The notes under the pieces were generated by a model. It saw only the letters and a list, made by a program, of their open reading frames with translations, did no database searches and had not been told where the DNA came from. Shown in pieces: positions 1 through 9,982 of a stretch of 64,000 nucleotides of DNA. The DNA is from Candidatus Eiseniibacteriota bacterium. GTDB taxonomy: Bacteria > Eisenbacteria > RBG-16-71-46 > SZUA-252. The position numbers and the translations under genes were made by a program. Each line of letters starts with the position of its first letter. Positions within the stretch are counted from its first letter, which is position 1. Location: NCBI GenBank assembly GCA_963703225.1, contig OY969801.1, positions 1,131,096 through 1,195,095 of the forward strand. The letters are read 5' to 3'.

Positions 1-2665
1 GGCCCGGCAGCGTCTGGTAGTAGTCGAGAGGCAGGTCGTACATGTAGATCGAAGCCATCGTTCCGGCCGTGGTCGACGTGGTCTCGAAGTTCGCCGGGAG
101 CGACCGGATGATCGACTGCTTGGCCAGCTTCAGCTCCTCGCCGGTCACGCCGCCGTCCCGAATCTTGGTGACCTCCTTCAAGATCTCATCGATCGACGGA
201 CCGGTCGCGTCTCCACGGACCGCGGCGCCCGCCATGAGCGGCCCGACGCCCCGATTCTGGCCGATAAACGAGAACGCGCCGTAGCTGTAGCCTTTGTCCT
301 CGCGGAGATTCAAGTTGATGCGGCTCGAGAAGAGCCCACCGAGGACCGTGTTCATCACGTCCAGCTTCTCGTAGTCGGGATCCGAGCGCTTCACGCCCAT
401 TTGCCCCGCCAGGACCATCGTCTGGTTCGAGCCCGGCCTGTCCACGACCACGATGCGGGAGTCGACGGTCGTTCCCGCCGGCGGAATCGCCGCCGGGGTG
501 GCGACGCCCTTCCAGGAGCCAAACGATTCCTGGGCCAGCTTCTTGGCCTCGGACTCGGTGACGTCGCCGACCACGATGAGGGCGGCGTTCTTGGGGCTGA
601 ACGTCGACTGGTAGAGCTTCACGAGGTCGGCCCGCGTCATCTTCTTCAGCGCATCCTCGGTGCCGAGCTGGGTATGGCCGTACGGGTGCCCGGGGCCGAA
701 GAGGCACGCGTTCATGACGCGAAGCGCGGTGGGCCACTGCTGATCGCGCTGCTGGAGTAAGGAGGTCAAACGGTCGTTCCGGATCCGCTCCACTTCCTTG
801 TCCGGGAATGCCGGGTTCAGGACGACGTCGGAGAGAATGGACATGGCCGCGTTCGCGTTCTGCTTCAACGAGCGCACCGACGCGCTGCTCCCGTCCGTCT
901 GGGTCCCCGTATTCAGCGAGGCGCCCATCGCGTAGACCTCGTTCGCGATCTGGAGCGCGTCCCGCTTCGCCGTCCCCTCGTCCAGCATCGCCGCCGTGAA
1001 TCCGGCCAAGCCGGGGAGGTCGGCCGGATCGGCCGCGCTCCCGGAGCGAAGGACGACGTTGGCCGCGACGATCGGGAGGTGGTGTGCCTCGACGACGTAG
1101 AGCGCCATCCCGTTCGAAAGCTCCAGGCGCTTGGCCGAGGGGAGCTGTGCCTTGGCTTCGGGACCCGGTCCCGGCATCGTGTTCCGCCACGGCTCCTTCG
1201 ACTCGACCTTCGCGGTCTCCTTGTCCGGCTTCGGCGGCGCCGGCGGATCGGGCGGCAGCTTCTTGTCGCCCGGCACCGCGTAGACCACCACGCGGGCTTC
1301 CTTCTTGAGCTGCTCGTTGACGAATTTCTTCGAGGCCTCCGGGGTCACCGCTGCGTACCGAGCGAGGTCCTTGTTCAGGTACCCCGGGTCCTGGAGGTGC
1401 TGGTTGTACATGTTCAGCCGATCGGCAACGCCGGAGAAGCCGCCAAACTCCTCCAGGCTGGTCACCGTGCCCGAGTAGGTCGAGGTCTGGGTCGCGGCGA
1501 CCTCCTCGGCGGTGGGGCCGCTGGCCGCGTACTTCGCGAGCTCCTCGTCGATCGCCTTCTCCACCTCGTCGGTGGTCTTGTCGGGCTTGACGGTCGCGGT
1601 GATCTGGAACACCGAGCCCAACTTCAGCGACTGCTGGGAGACCGAGACGTCCTGGCAAAGCCGCTTGTCGTAGACGAGCGACTTGTAGAGCCGGCTGGCC
1701 TTGCCGCCGCCGAGAATCTGGGCGGTGACGATCGCCTCGGCGTCGCCCGGCTTGAAGATCGGGGAGGTGATCCACGCCATGTAGACGCGTGAGAGCGTGA
1801 TCTTGTCGGGCACGGTGATCCGGCGCTCCGAGGTGATCGGGGGAGTGGTCGCCGTGATCGGCGGCACCGGCTCGCCGCGCGGGATCGAGCCGTAGTACTT
1901 CTCGACCAGCTTCTTCGTGGCCGCCTTGTCGATGTCGCCGACGATCACCAGGCTCGCGTTGTTCGGACAGTAGTAGCGGCGGAAGAAGTCCTTTACGTCC
2001 TCGAGCTTGGCCGCCTGCACGTCCTCGTGCGAGCCGATCACGACCGCGTAGTAGGGGTGACCCTTGGGGAACATCGTGTGCCACATCTCTTCTTCGACCA
2101 GCTGATAGGGCGCGTTCTCCACGCTCTGCCGGCGCTCGTTCCGCACCACGTCCTGCTGGTTGGCGAGCGAGGCATCGTCGACCCGATCGAGGAGGAATCC
2201 CATCCGGTCGCTCTCCAGCCAGAGCGCCAGCTCCAGCTGATTCGCAGGGAGATCCTCCATGTAGTTGGTGCGGTCGAAGTCGGTCGTTCCGTTGATGAAC
2301 GAGGCGCCGGCTCCTTCCAGATCCTTCCAGATCTCGTCCTCCGGAACGTGCCCCGATGACTGGAACATCATGTGCTCGAAGAGGTGGGCGAACCCGGTGC
2401 GGCCCACGGTTTCATTCGCAGGGCCGACGTGGTACCACGTGTTCACCGCCACCAGGGGCAGGCGGTGATCCTCGCGAAGGATCACGTCCAGGCCGTTCGG
2501 AAGGGTGTACTTCTCGTAGTCCATCTTCACCGTCGGCGGCTTGACGCCGGCCGAGGCGGTGGGGGCGAGCGACGCGGTCACCATCGCGATGGTCAAGAGA
2601 AACGCGACGGCGAGCGGGGCGCGGCCAATAATTCGGGTACGATGCGGCCTCGACGACGATTCCAT
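1..2665 (-). CDS. M16 family zinc metallopeptidase (insulinase/pitrilysin-like, two-domain), 3'-truncated at window edge; N-terminal signal peptide
   Basis: Minus-strand translation from the ATG at 2665 (AGGAGA RBS about 6 nt upstream) gives MESSSRPHRTRIIGRAPLAVAFLLTIAMVTASLA..., the inverted zinc motif HLFEHMMF (HxxEH), and about 888 aa of coherent M16 sequence running to position 1. It is absent from the ORF track because there is no stop in the window. Confidence 0.85.
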   Translation of the reverse strand, partial: MESSSRPHRTRIIGRAPLAVAFLLTIAMVTASLAPTASAGVKPPTVKMDYEKYTLPNGLDVILREDHRLPLVAVNTWYHVGPANETVGRTGFAHLFEHMMFQSSGHVPEDEIWKDLEGAGASFINGTTDFDRTNYMEDLPANQLELALWLESDRMGFLLDRVDDASLANQQDVVRNERRQSVENAPYQLVEEEMWHTMFPKGHPYYAVVIGSHEDVQAAKLEDVKDFFRRYYCPNNASLVIVGDIDKAATKKLVEKYYGSIPRGEPVPPITATTPPITSERRITVPDKITLSRVYMAWITSPIFKPGDAEAIVTAQILGGGKASRLYKSLVYDKRLCQDVSVSQQSLKLGSVFQITATVKPDKTTDEVEKAIDEELAKYAASGPTAEEVAATQTSTYSGTVTSLEEFGGFSGVADRLNMYNQHLQDPGYLNKDLARYAAVTPEASKKFVNEQLKKEARVVVYAVPGDKKLPPDPPAPPKPDKETAKVESKEPWRNTMPGPGPEAKAQLPSAKRLELSNGMALYVVEAHHLPIVAANVVLRSGSAADPADLPGLAGFTAAMLDEGTAKRDALQIANEVYAMGASLNTGTQTDGSSASVRSLKQNANAAMSILSDVVLNPAFPDKEVERIRNDRLTSLLQQRDQQWPTALRVMNACLFGPGHPYGHTQLGTEDALKKMTRADLVKLYQSTFSPKNAALIVVGDVTESEAKKLAQESFGSWKGVATPAAIPPAGTTVDSRIVVVDRPGSNQTMVLAGQMGVKRSDPDYEKLDVMNTVLGGLFSSRINLNLREDKGYSYGAFSFIGQNRGVGPLMAGAAVRGDATGPSIDEILKEVTKIRDGGVTGEELKLAKQSIIRSLPANFETTSTTAGTMASIYMYDLPLDYYQTLPG

Positions 2666-2705
2666 GAAGGTTCTCCTGGTTGAATGGGGGTCATAGGCGC
2701 GGGGA

Positions 2706-4319
2706 ATGAAATCAATACGCAATAAGCGGTTGCAATGTTCCGGGAAACGCTCCGCGCTGTCAAGGACGGTCGCCAGGGCGCGGGAATGGGGAGGGAGGCT
2801 CTCGATCGGTCCTGCTGCAGTCGCGGCGGCCCTGGTCTTCTTCGCGCCGGCCGCCATGGGAACGCCCGCGGGCGTGGACACGACCGGCCCGGTGGCGGTC
2901 GAAAACGCCCGCCCGGGCAGCAAGGATTGGCAGCTCTCAAGACCAGCAACGAATAGGGAAATAGAAGGTTACGCCTCCGCCGCGAGCGTCCGGCCGGGAC
3001 AAACTCTGGATATCCACGTCAGCACGACATCCCAAAGCTTTGACATCGAGATCTTCCGACTTGGTTGGTATGCGGCGCTCGGCGCTCGAAAGATATCCGG
3101 CGCGAAGAACCTCCCCGGCGGGCGGAGGGCGACCCCGCAGCCGCGGAGTGAGGACGGGCTGGTCGAGTGCCGATGGCCGCTCTCCTACTCCCTGCAGGTG
3201 GGGAACGATTGGGTGAGCGGGGTCTACCTGGCCCGGCTCACCGCCGGCGGGAGCGGGCGCCAGTCGTTCGTCCCCTTTGTCGTTCGGGAGGGCTCCACCG
3301 GGCGTCGCGCGCCGCTTCTCTTTCAGTGCTCCGTCACAACCTGGCAGGCCTACAACAACTGGGGTGGGAAGAGCCTCTACGATTTCAACAGCGCGGGCGG
3401 AGTCCGCGCCCGTCGGGTCTCGTTCAACCGCCCGTATGGATCGGGTCCCAAGGCGTGGGTTGGTGTCGGCGCGGGCGAGCTTCTCACGTGCGCGCACGCG
3501 CCGCGTCCCGGAGCTTGGGAGTACCCGATGCTCCGCTGGCTAGAGCGGTCGGGCTACGACGTGGCCTACGCGACCAACCTCGACATGCATTCGGATCCGG
3601 ACGTCTTCACGGGGCGGCGGGCCCTCCTCATCGTGGGCCACGATGAGTATTGGTCGCGGGCCATGCGCACCAACATCGAGGCGGCCCGGGACCGGGGCAT
3701 CCACCTCGGGATTTTCGCCGCCAACGTCGGGTACTGGCAGATCCGCATGGAGCCTTCGCCCTGGGGCGGCGGGGACCGGGTCATGTTCTGCGCCAAGGAC
3801 GCGGAGCTCGATTCGGTCTACGACACCGAGGCCGACGCCGATCTCACCGTGCGCTTTCGGGACCTCCACCCACGAAGGCCAGAGGTGTCCTTGGTGGGAA
3901 TGATGATCTCCGGCGAGGACGTGCAGACCGACTTCGTCCCGCTCCCCGCCCAGCGCGAGCACTGGGTGTTTCAGGGGACGACGATCGCCAAGGGCTCGAC
4001 CCGGCTTTTGCCGGGCCTCGGGGGCTACGAGGTGGACCGGTCCTTTGCCGACGATTCGCTCTTCGCCCGGTGGTCCCCTCCAGGGCTCACGGTCCTCGCT
4101 CGGGCCCCGATCGTCTCATCCAACGGGCACCCGTCGGTGACGGAGACGACCGTCTACACCGCTCCCTCGGGAGCGATCGTGTTCTCCACGGGGACGATGC
4201 AGTGGTCCTGGGGGCTGGACAACTGGGGGGCGCCCGCGCTCCACCGCCGGTATCGCCACCCCGACGTCGAGCGGATTACGCGGAATGTACTGGAAGCGTT
4301 CTTCCGCGGTAGCGGGTGA
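2706..4319 (+). CDS. Secreted protein with N,N-dimethylformamidase beta-subunit-like (DmfA2-like) domain
   Basis: 537 aa ORF with a signal-peptide-like N-region (LSIGPAAVAAALVFFAPAAMGTPAG). The motifs QAYNNWGG and LLIVGHDEYWS resemble the DmfA2-like family. Non-repetitive, globular-looking composition. Confidence 0.5.
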   Translation: MKSIRNKRLQCSGKRSALSRTVARAREWGGRLSIGPAAVAAALVFFAPAAMGTPAGVDTTGPVAVENARPGSKDWQLSRPATNREIEGYASAASVRPGQTLDIHVSTTSQSFDIEIFRLGWYAALGARKISGAKNLPGGRRATPQPRSEDGLVECRWPLSYSLQVGNDWVSGVYLARLTAGGSGRQSFVPFVVREGSTGRRAPLLFQCSVTTWQAYNNWGGKSLYDFNSAGGVRARRVSFNRPYGSGPKAWVGVGAGELLTCAHAPRPGAWEYPMLRWLERSGYDVAYATNLDMHSDPDVFTGRRALLIVGHDEYWSRAMRTNIEAARDRGIHLGIFAANVGYWQIRMEPSPWGGGDRVMFCAKDAELDSVYDTEADADLTVRFRDLHPRRPEVSLVGMMISGEDVQTDFVPLPAQREHWVFQGTTIAKGSTRLLPGLGGYEVDRSFADDSLFARWSPPGLTVLARAPIVSSNGHPSVTETTVYTAPSGAIVFSTGTMQWSWGLDNWGAPALHRRYRHPDVERITRNVLEAFFRGSG

Positions 4320-5331
4320 CCGCCAGGTCGACGATCTCTTCGATGAGGTCCGGTAGCTCGCGTCCCGATTCCCGGGCCGCGAGCGCGAACTCGGCCGTCG
4401 AGTGAAGCCACGGGTTGGGGTTCACCTCGAGGGCGAAGACCGTGCCGTCCGCCGCCAGCCGGAAATCGACCCGGCCATAATCGCGGATCTCGAGCGCGCG
4501 GAAGGCGGTGACGGCGACCTCCTGAAGCTCCGTCAAGGTCGCCTCGGGCAGATCGCTCGGGATCCGGAGCTTGGTCTTCTGATAGGCCGCGGTGCCGCGC
4601 TCCCACTTCACCTCGGTCCCCGCGATCCGAGGTGTTCCCGCCGGCAGATCCGATAGGTTCAGCTCCACGACCGGGAGGGCCTCCGGGGGATCGTTCCCGA
4701 GCACCGAAACGTAGAGCTCCCGCCCTTCGATGTATTCCTCGATCAGGACCGGCGAGTCGAGGTCGGCGTGGATGGCGTCGATCCGCTCCATCATCTCCTT
4801 GATCGACCCGACGACCGCGTTGAACTCGATCCCGATCGATCCGTCCTCGCGCTTCGGCTTGACGATCACGGGAAACTGGAGGTCGTCGGACCACTGGAGG
4901 CGCCCCTTATAGACCGTCGCGAAATGGGGGGTCCGGATCCCGTGAAACTGAAAGAGCCGTTTCGCGACCGCCTTGTCCTGGGCCAGGTGGAGCCCCGATG
5001 GCCCCGATCCGGTATAGGGAATTCCCAAGAGGTCGAGATAGGCCGCGATGTTGATGTCCTTGGTGTCGTCCCCGGCGTAGGACTCGGTGAGGTTGAACAC
5101 CAGCTCGAAATCGGCACCCGCGAGGGCCTTGAGCGAGCGCGCGCGCCCATCCAGGCAGTGGAAGGCGGGCCTGTGGCCGCGCTTCTCGAGAACGTCGAAG
5201 ATCTCTTCCCGGTCGCTCTTTTCGCGCCGCTTGCCCGCCGGCCTGCCGGCCCCTGTCGGAGCCGGCGCCTCCTCCTGGTCTTCGAACCAGGCGTCGTAGA
5301 GGATCCCGATCTTGAGCGGGGGAGCGACCAT
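4276..5331 (-). CDS. ATP-grasp enzyme, D-alanine--D-alanine ligase family
   Basis: The track ORF 4276..5646 is trimmed to the internal ATG at 5331 (MVAPPLKIGILYD...). ATP-grasp hallmarks include FPVIVKPKREDGSIGIE, EEYIEGRELYVSVLG and VNPNP. Confidence 0.7.
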   Translation of the reverse strand: MVAPPLKIGILYDAWFEDQEEAPAPTGAGRPAGKRREKSDREEIFDVLEKRGHRPAFHCLDGRARSLKALAGADFELVFNLTESYAGDDTKDINIAAYLDLLGIPYTGSGPSGLHLAQDKAVAKRLFQFHGIRTPHFATVYKGRLQWSDDLQFPVIVKPKREDGSIGIEFNAVVGSIKEMMERIDAIHADLDSPVLIEEYIEGRELYVSVLGNDPPEALPVVELNLSDLPAGTPRIAGTEVKWERGTAAYQKTKLRIPSDLPEATLTELQEVAVTAFRALEIRDYGRVDFRLAADGTVFALEVNPNPWLHSTAEFALAARESGRELPDLIEEIVDLAVTRYRGRTLPVHSA

Positions 5332-5339
5332 ACGGGCGC

Positions 5340-5593
5340 AGTCTACCACCCGCGGGCAACGTGAAAAAAAGTGCTTTACAACACCCCAGCACCCGCCGAT
5401 ACTCATTTCAGTTGCCTGACGGTAGTTCGTAGCACGCAGTGCGTGACTGGTCGCCGCAGGAGAGACTTCCTGCGGCTTTGCTGTATCTGGTCGATTCGTC
5501 GACCGGTGGGCCCGACCAAGGTGGCCGGGCCGTGCCGCCCGAGAGGCGGCGTGGTGGGGTTCTAAGCACCCCGTAGTAGAAGGAGCAGAATCA
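5340..5593 (+). promoter_or_regulatory. Long 5' leader/promoter region of the cold-shock protein gene
   Basis: A roughly 250 nt non-coding gap lies upstream of cspA, with a GAAGGAG RBS immediately before the ATG. Long structured 5' UTRs are typical of csp mRNAs (established knowledge). No specific box was verified. Confidence 0.35.
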
Positions 5594-5794
5594 GTGGCGA
5601 ACGGAACGGTGAAGTGGTTCAACGAGGCGAAGGGCTTTGGTTTCATCCAGCAAGAGGGTGGCGAGGACGTTTTCGTTCACTACTCGGCAATCCAGGGCGA
5701 AGGCTTCAAGACGCTGGCCGAAGGCGAGCGCTTGGAGTTCGATATCGTCCGGGGCCCGAAGGGCCTCCAGGCTGCGAACGTCCGTAGGGCGTAA
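5594..5794 (+). CDS. cspA: Cold-shock protein (CspA family, S1-like OB fold)
   Basis: [52 protein letters not shown] carries the RNP1 (KGFGFI) and RNP2 (VFVHY) motifs. 66 aa. Confidence 0.95.
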   Translation: MANGTVKWFNEAKGFGFIQQEGGEDVFVHYSAIQGEGFKTLAEGERLEFDIVRGPKGLQAANVRRA

Positions 5795-5828
5795 GTAGCC
5801 GAAGAATCACGGAACCTCAGTCGTGAGG

Positions 5829-5857
5829 CGGGGCGGCGCCGAAGGGCGTTCGCCCCG
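5829..5857 (+). terminator. Putative GC-rich hairpin downstream of cspA
   Basis: GGGGCG...CGCCCC stem with internal pairing; no clean U-tract follows. Confidence 0.3.
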
Positions 5858-5977
5858 CTCTCGTTAGTCGGCGCTGGCGCGAAGGAGAGAGGCCCCGTCA
5901 CCCACCCCACTCCAAACCCATCCACGCTCTACTCGAGCCCCGAAATCTACGACGTCGCGTTCGGCTGGGATCTGCGC

Positions 5978-6700
5978 TTGGAGATGGACTTCCTCGAAGC
6001 CTGCTGGGCGACCCACGTCGAAGGCCCGGTCCGGCGCATCCTCGAACCCGCCTCCGGCACGGGACGCATCCTCCACGCCCTGGCGGAGCGCGGCTATGAC
6101 GTCGTCGGCTATGACCGGAGCCCGGAGATGGTCGCCTTTGCCGCGGGCCGTCTGGCAGGCCTTGGCGGAAAGCTCCACCGCGGCGACATGGCCACGTTCA
6201 AACCCCCCGGGCGGTTCGACGTGGCGATCAACCTGGTCAACTCGATCAACTATCTCCTGGAGGAAGCCGAACTCACCGCACATCTGAAGTTGGTGGCCGA
6301 GGCGCTTCGCGCGGGCGGGATTTACATCGTCCAGTTCAGCTACGGCGACGAGCCCCCGGAGCTGGCGACGTTTGGTCCGTGGGAGAATCGACGGAATGAT
6401 CTCACCACGCGGCTGACGTGGCGCGTCCTCAGGGAAGACGCCGAGGCGCGACGCTCCTATCAGGAATGCCGGATCACCGCGACCCGGGGAGGGGAGACGG
6501 TCGAGCTCACGGAGGAGCACATCCTGCGTCTATGGACGCAGGACGACTTCGATCGGGCGATCGATTCGAGCCCATTCGAATTGATCGCCGTCTATCACGA
6601 CCGATTCGATCCGTTCCCGATCGACCTTCCGAGGACGGGAGCCCACGGCAATCTCTATCACGTACTCGCGCGCCGGGGACAGGGACGGCGGGACCGCTAG
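5978..6700 (+). CDS. Class I SAM-dependent methyltransferase
   Basis: EPASGTGRIL is a GxGxG SAM-binding motif, and DVVGYDRSPEMV is consistent. The in-frame sequence upstream of the TTG start (back to the stop at 5792) encodes SPEIYDVAFGWDLRL, which also looks methyltransferase-like, so the real start may lie upstream with no canonical start codon. Confidence 0.75.
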   Translation: MEMDFLEACWATHVEGPVRRILEPASGTGRILHALAERGYDVVGYDRSPEMVAFAAGRLAGLGGKLHRGDMATFKPPGRFDVAINLVNSINYLLEEAELTAHLKLVAEALRAGGIYIVQFSYGDEPPELATFGPWENRRNDLTTRLTWRVLREDAEARRSYQECRITATRGGETVELTEEHILRLWTQDDFDRAIDSSPFELIAVYHDRFDPFPIDLPRTGAHGNLYHVLARRGQGRRDR

Positions 6701-6704
6701 GTGG

Positions 6705-7553
6705 CTACTTCTTGAAGCTTGCGGCGAACCCCTCGATCGCCGCCGCGAGGGAATCGGGCTGGTCGATGGGGATGAGGTGGCCGGACTCCAAGATTCGGTG
6801 TCCCACGGACGGCCCGGCCGTTTCGTAGCCGAGGCGCTTCCGTGCGCTGCTCCACGATTCGCCCGGGAACCACGTCGCGTCGGTGGCCACGACCAGCACG
6901 GGAGCCTTGAGTCCGCGGATCCGTGGCCTCAAGTCGGTGCCCCACGCGTCCCGGAAATACTCGCCCATGAGCGCGTGCGGCACCCGCTCGGCCTTGGCGA
7001 GCACCGAATCGACCTGGCTCGAGTCGCGCGTCATCGACCCGAAGACGCCGTGGATGAAGAGCGGGTATCGCTCCTTGATGATCTGCTCCAGATTGGTGAT
7101 GCGGCCGGAATCGATGGTGGTGTAGGTCGCGAGGTCGATCGACACGACGCCAGCCGCCCGGTCGGCGTGGTCCACCGCTTCTTCCAATGCCACGAGTCCC
7201 CCGTAGGAATGGCCGACCAAGACAGCCCGTTTCACCTTCCGGGCCTTCAGCGTGCGGTCGAGCGCCTCCGCCACCGCGCCCACCGAGACGGGTGAAATTT
7301 CCGCGCTCGCTCCATGTCCTGGGAGATCGACCAGAACCAGGCGGTGGTGCCCGGACAGCTGGGGGGTGACCCGATCCCAGACGGTGTGATCCTGTCCCAG
7401 CCCGTGGATGAGAACCAGGGCCGGTTCTCCGTGGCCGATCTCATAGACGGCGAGATGGGGTGGATCTGGAAGCGCCGTGCTCGCGGAGAGCGCCGCGGCG
7501 AAGAGCGCCGCGGACAGCGCGGGTACGAATGGTTGAAGGCGCATGGATCTCAT
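6705..7553 (-). CDS. Secreted alpha/beta-fold hydrolase
   Basis: The GHSYGG nucleophile-elbow motif and HGLGQDHTVW. Signal peptide MRSMRLQPFVPALSAALFAAALSASTA from the ATG at 7553. Confidence 0.75.
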   Translation of the reverse strand: MRSMRLQPFVPALSAALFAAALSASTALPDPPHLAVYEIGHGEPALVLIHGLGQDHTVWDRVTPQLSGHHRLVLVDLPGHGASAEISPVSVGAVAEALDRTLKARKVKRAVLVGHSYGGLVALEEAVDHADRAAGVVSIDLATYTTIDSGRITNLEQIIKERYPLFIHGVFGSMTRDSSQVDSVLAKAERVPHALMGEYFRDAWGTDLRPRIRGLKAPVLVVATDATWFPGESWSSARKRLGYETAGPSVGHRILESGHLIPIDQPDSLAAAIEGFAASFKK

Positions 7554-7613
7554 AGTACCAAGAACGGGCCTGGGGGTTCCGCGCGCCCGAGCCAAGGTCC
7601 GCGTGCGCCCGCA

Positions 7614-8390
7614 CTAAGACTTTCGTCGGTGGAGCGCGGGGACCGCTGCCTGATCGGTCGGCATGAGCAGGATCGATTGGACGTTCACGTGGGGCGGCCG
7701 CGTGACGGCCCAGGCCACCGCGTCGGCCACGTCCTCCGCCCGGAGCGGATTCGTCCCCTGGTAGACGGCGGCGGCGCGCGCTCGATCTCCCTGGAACCGT
7801 ACGAGGCTGAACTCGGTCTCCGCTAGCCCCGGCTCCACATTGGTCACCCGGACTCCCGTCCCGAGCACGTCGTAGCGGAGCGCGTCCGAAATCGCGCGGA
7901 CGGCGAATTTGGTCGCGGCGTAGACGGCGCCCCCCGCGTAGACCTGATGGCCTGCCACCGAGCCGATGTTCACCACGTGTCCCCGGCCGCGTTGGACCAT
8001 GCCCGGCAGGGCCGCCCGGGTGACGTAGAGAAGCCCCTTCACGTTCGTGTCGATCATCTGATCCCAATCGGCGGGATTCCCCGACTGGATGGGATCGAGC
8101 GCGAGGGCCAGGCCGGCGTTATTGACCAGGATGTCGAGGCGGGAGAGAAGTCCATTCGCCCGATCCAGCGCGCGCGTCGTGGAATCCAAGTCTCGGACGT
8201 CGAACGATAGGGAGAGCACCTCCACGCGGTGCGTGGAGCGAATCTCGGCCGCGAGCGCCTGGAGCCGCTCCGCGCGGCGGCCGGTGATCGCCACGTGGCA
8301 CCCCGCCGCCGCCAGCCGGAGCGCGATCGCCTTGCCAAACCCGCTCGTCGCTCCCGTCACCAGAGCCCAGAGTCCGCGAAGTTCCGTCAT
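7614..8390 (-). CDS. Short-chain dehydrogenase/reductase (SDR) family oxidoreductase
   Basis: The TGATSGFG Rossmann motif, NNAG, and the YAATK catalytic Y-x3-K. 258 aa. Confidence 0.85.
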   Translation of the reverse strand: MTELRGLWALVTGATSGFGKAIALRLAAAGCHVAITGRRAERLQALAAEIRSTHRVEVLSLSFDVRDLDSTTRALDRANGLLSRLDILVNNAGLALALDPIQSGNPADWDQMIDTNVKGLLYVTRAALPGMVQRGRGHVVNIGSVAGHQVYAGGAVYAATKFAVRAISDALRYDVLGTGVRVTNVEPGLAETEFSLVRFQGDRARAAAVYQGTNPLRAEDVADAVAWAVTRPPHVNVQSILLMPTDQAAVPALHRRKS

Positions 8391-8515
8391 CGATCTCTCC
8401 CACGCATGGCGCCAGCGGATAGGGCGCCGAGAATACCATCGAAGCGGGTGGCGGGGCGCGCGTTCCTGACCTAGACTGCCGCCCAGGGAGGGAGCCCGCG
8501 ATCGTCGACATTCTG

Positions 8516-9982
8516 GTGGTGGGTGGGGGGATCCACGGTGCGGCCGTCGCGCGCGATGCTTCGCTCCGCGGCCTCTCGGTGGCGCTCTTAGAGTCAGGCG
8601 ACTTCGCCTCCGCCACGAGCAGCCGGACTTCGAAGCTGGTCCACGGCGGAATCCGATACCTCGAGACGGCGCAATTCGGTCTGGTGCGCGAGGCGCTCCG
8701 CGAGCGCGCCATCCTGCTCGAGACGGCCGCGCCGTTCGTCCGCCCGCTCCCTTTCCTGATCCCGCACTATCGGGGCGAGGGGCGTCCCGCCGCGTGGGTC
8801 GCGCTCGGCCTCGTTCTCTATTCCGCGTTCGCGCGGGGACATCGCCTCGCCGAGCACCGCCGCATGGGGCGCGCGGAGGCCCTCGCCCAAGAACCGGGCC
8901 TTCGACAGGAGGGTCTCTTGGGAGCGACCCTCTACTGGGATGCGCAGATGGACGACGCGCTCCTCTGCGTGTCGATCGCGATCGACGCCGCGAGGGCAGG
9001 GGCCGAGGTGCGAAATTACACCCGCGTGGTCGCGCTCAGGCGGGAACAGGGCTCTTGGAAGGCGAGCTACATTGACGCGATCGGCGCCGAGGGAGAAGTC
9101 GCCGCGCGGTTCGTCGTGAACGCGTCCGGGCCCTGGGCCGACGACGTTCGGGGGATGGCGCTCGGCGCGGCACCTCCTTCATTGCGGCGGACTCGAGGGT
9201 CGCACGTGGTCCTACCTTCCCTCACCGGGACGCACGCGCTGCTTCTGACCGCGCGGCGAGACGGCCGCGCGTTCTTCGTCATTCCCTGGGGACGGTTCTC
9301 GCTCATCGGCACGACCGACGTCGACGACGACGTCCCGCCGTCCGAAGTGGCGCCCCCGGTGGAGGACATCCGCTATCTTCTCGAGGAAGGGGCGCGCGCC
9401 CTTCCGGCCGCGGGCGATGGCCGCCGCCCCGTGCGCGTCTTCGCCGGTCTCCGGGCGCTCGCGCGCGGCCGCGCGGGACAACCGTGGGCGAACACGCGTG
9501 AGCATCGGCTGATCATCGAGGAGGGGATCGTCACGATCGTCGGGGGGAAGTACACGACGCACCGGAGCCTCGCGGAGCGGGTCGTCGATCTCGCGGCGCG
9601 GGGGCTGGGGCGGCCGACGGAGGGATGCCGCACGAAAACGACGCCCGTGGGCGGCGGGCGCGCGGACGCGATCGCCGCGCTCTCCGCGCGCCATCCGGGC
9701 GCGGCCGACCTCGGTGAGGGGCAGCGGATCACCGAGGCCGAGGTCGCGTACGCCGTCACGGTGGAAAAGGCGCGCCGGCTCGAGGACGTGCTTCTTCGCC
9801 GCACCCGCCTCTGGCTCGACGGCCGGGCGCTTCGGCGCGGGGCTCAACCGGCGGCCGAGTGGATGGCGCCGCTCCTCCAATGGAGCGACGAGCGGAGGCG
9901 ATCGGAAGTCGACACGCTCCTGCGCGGGCTGGATCTGGAAGATCGGCGGATCGAGGAGGGACGCGATGGGCGGAACGGCTGA
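8516..9982 (+). CDS. glpD: FAD-dependent glycerol-3-phosphate dehydrogenase
   Basis: The N-terminal FAD-binding motif (D)ILVVGGGIHGAAVARDA, LVHGGIRYLE, and adjacency to and overlap with glpK. The conserved N-terminus extends in-frame upstream of the GTG chosen by the track, so the start is uncertain (candidates GTG 8447 or CTG/GTG 8513-8516). Confidence 0.85.
   Translation: MVGGGIHGAAVARDASLRGLSVALLESGDFASATSSRTSKLVHGGIRYLETAQFGLVREALRERAILLETAAPFVRPLPFLIPHYRGEGRPAAWVALGLVLYSAFARGHRLAEHRRMGRAEALAQEPGLRQEGLLGATLYWDAQMDDALLCVSIAIDAARAGAEVRNYTRVVALRREQGSWKASYIDAIGAEGEVAARFVVNASGPWADDVRGMALGAAPPSLRRTRGSHVVLPSLTGTHALLLTARRDGRAFFVIPWGRFSLIGTTDVDDDVPPSEVAPPVEDIRYLLEEGARALPAAGDGRRPVRVFAGLRALARGRAGQPWANTREHRLIIEEGIVTIVGGKYTTHRSLAERVVDLAARGLGRPTEGCRTKTTPVGGGRADAIAALSARHPGAADLGEGQRITEAEVAYAVTVEKARRLEDVLLRRTRLWLDGRALRRGAQPAAEWMAPLLQWSDERRRSEVDTLLRGLDLEDRRIEEGRDGRNG

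Noticed and set aside
186-2084. 632-aa minus-strand ORF, and several plus-strand ORFs at 401-1792
   Set aside because: Arg/Gly/Pro-rich low-complexity translation. It lies in the wrong frame of the clearly coding M16 peptidase gene, which occupies this region on the minus strand in another frame. Typical high-GC ORF artefact.
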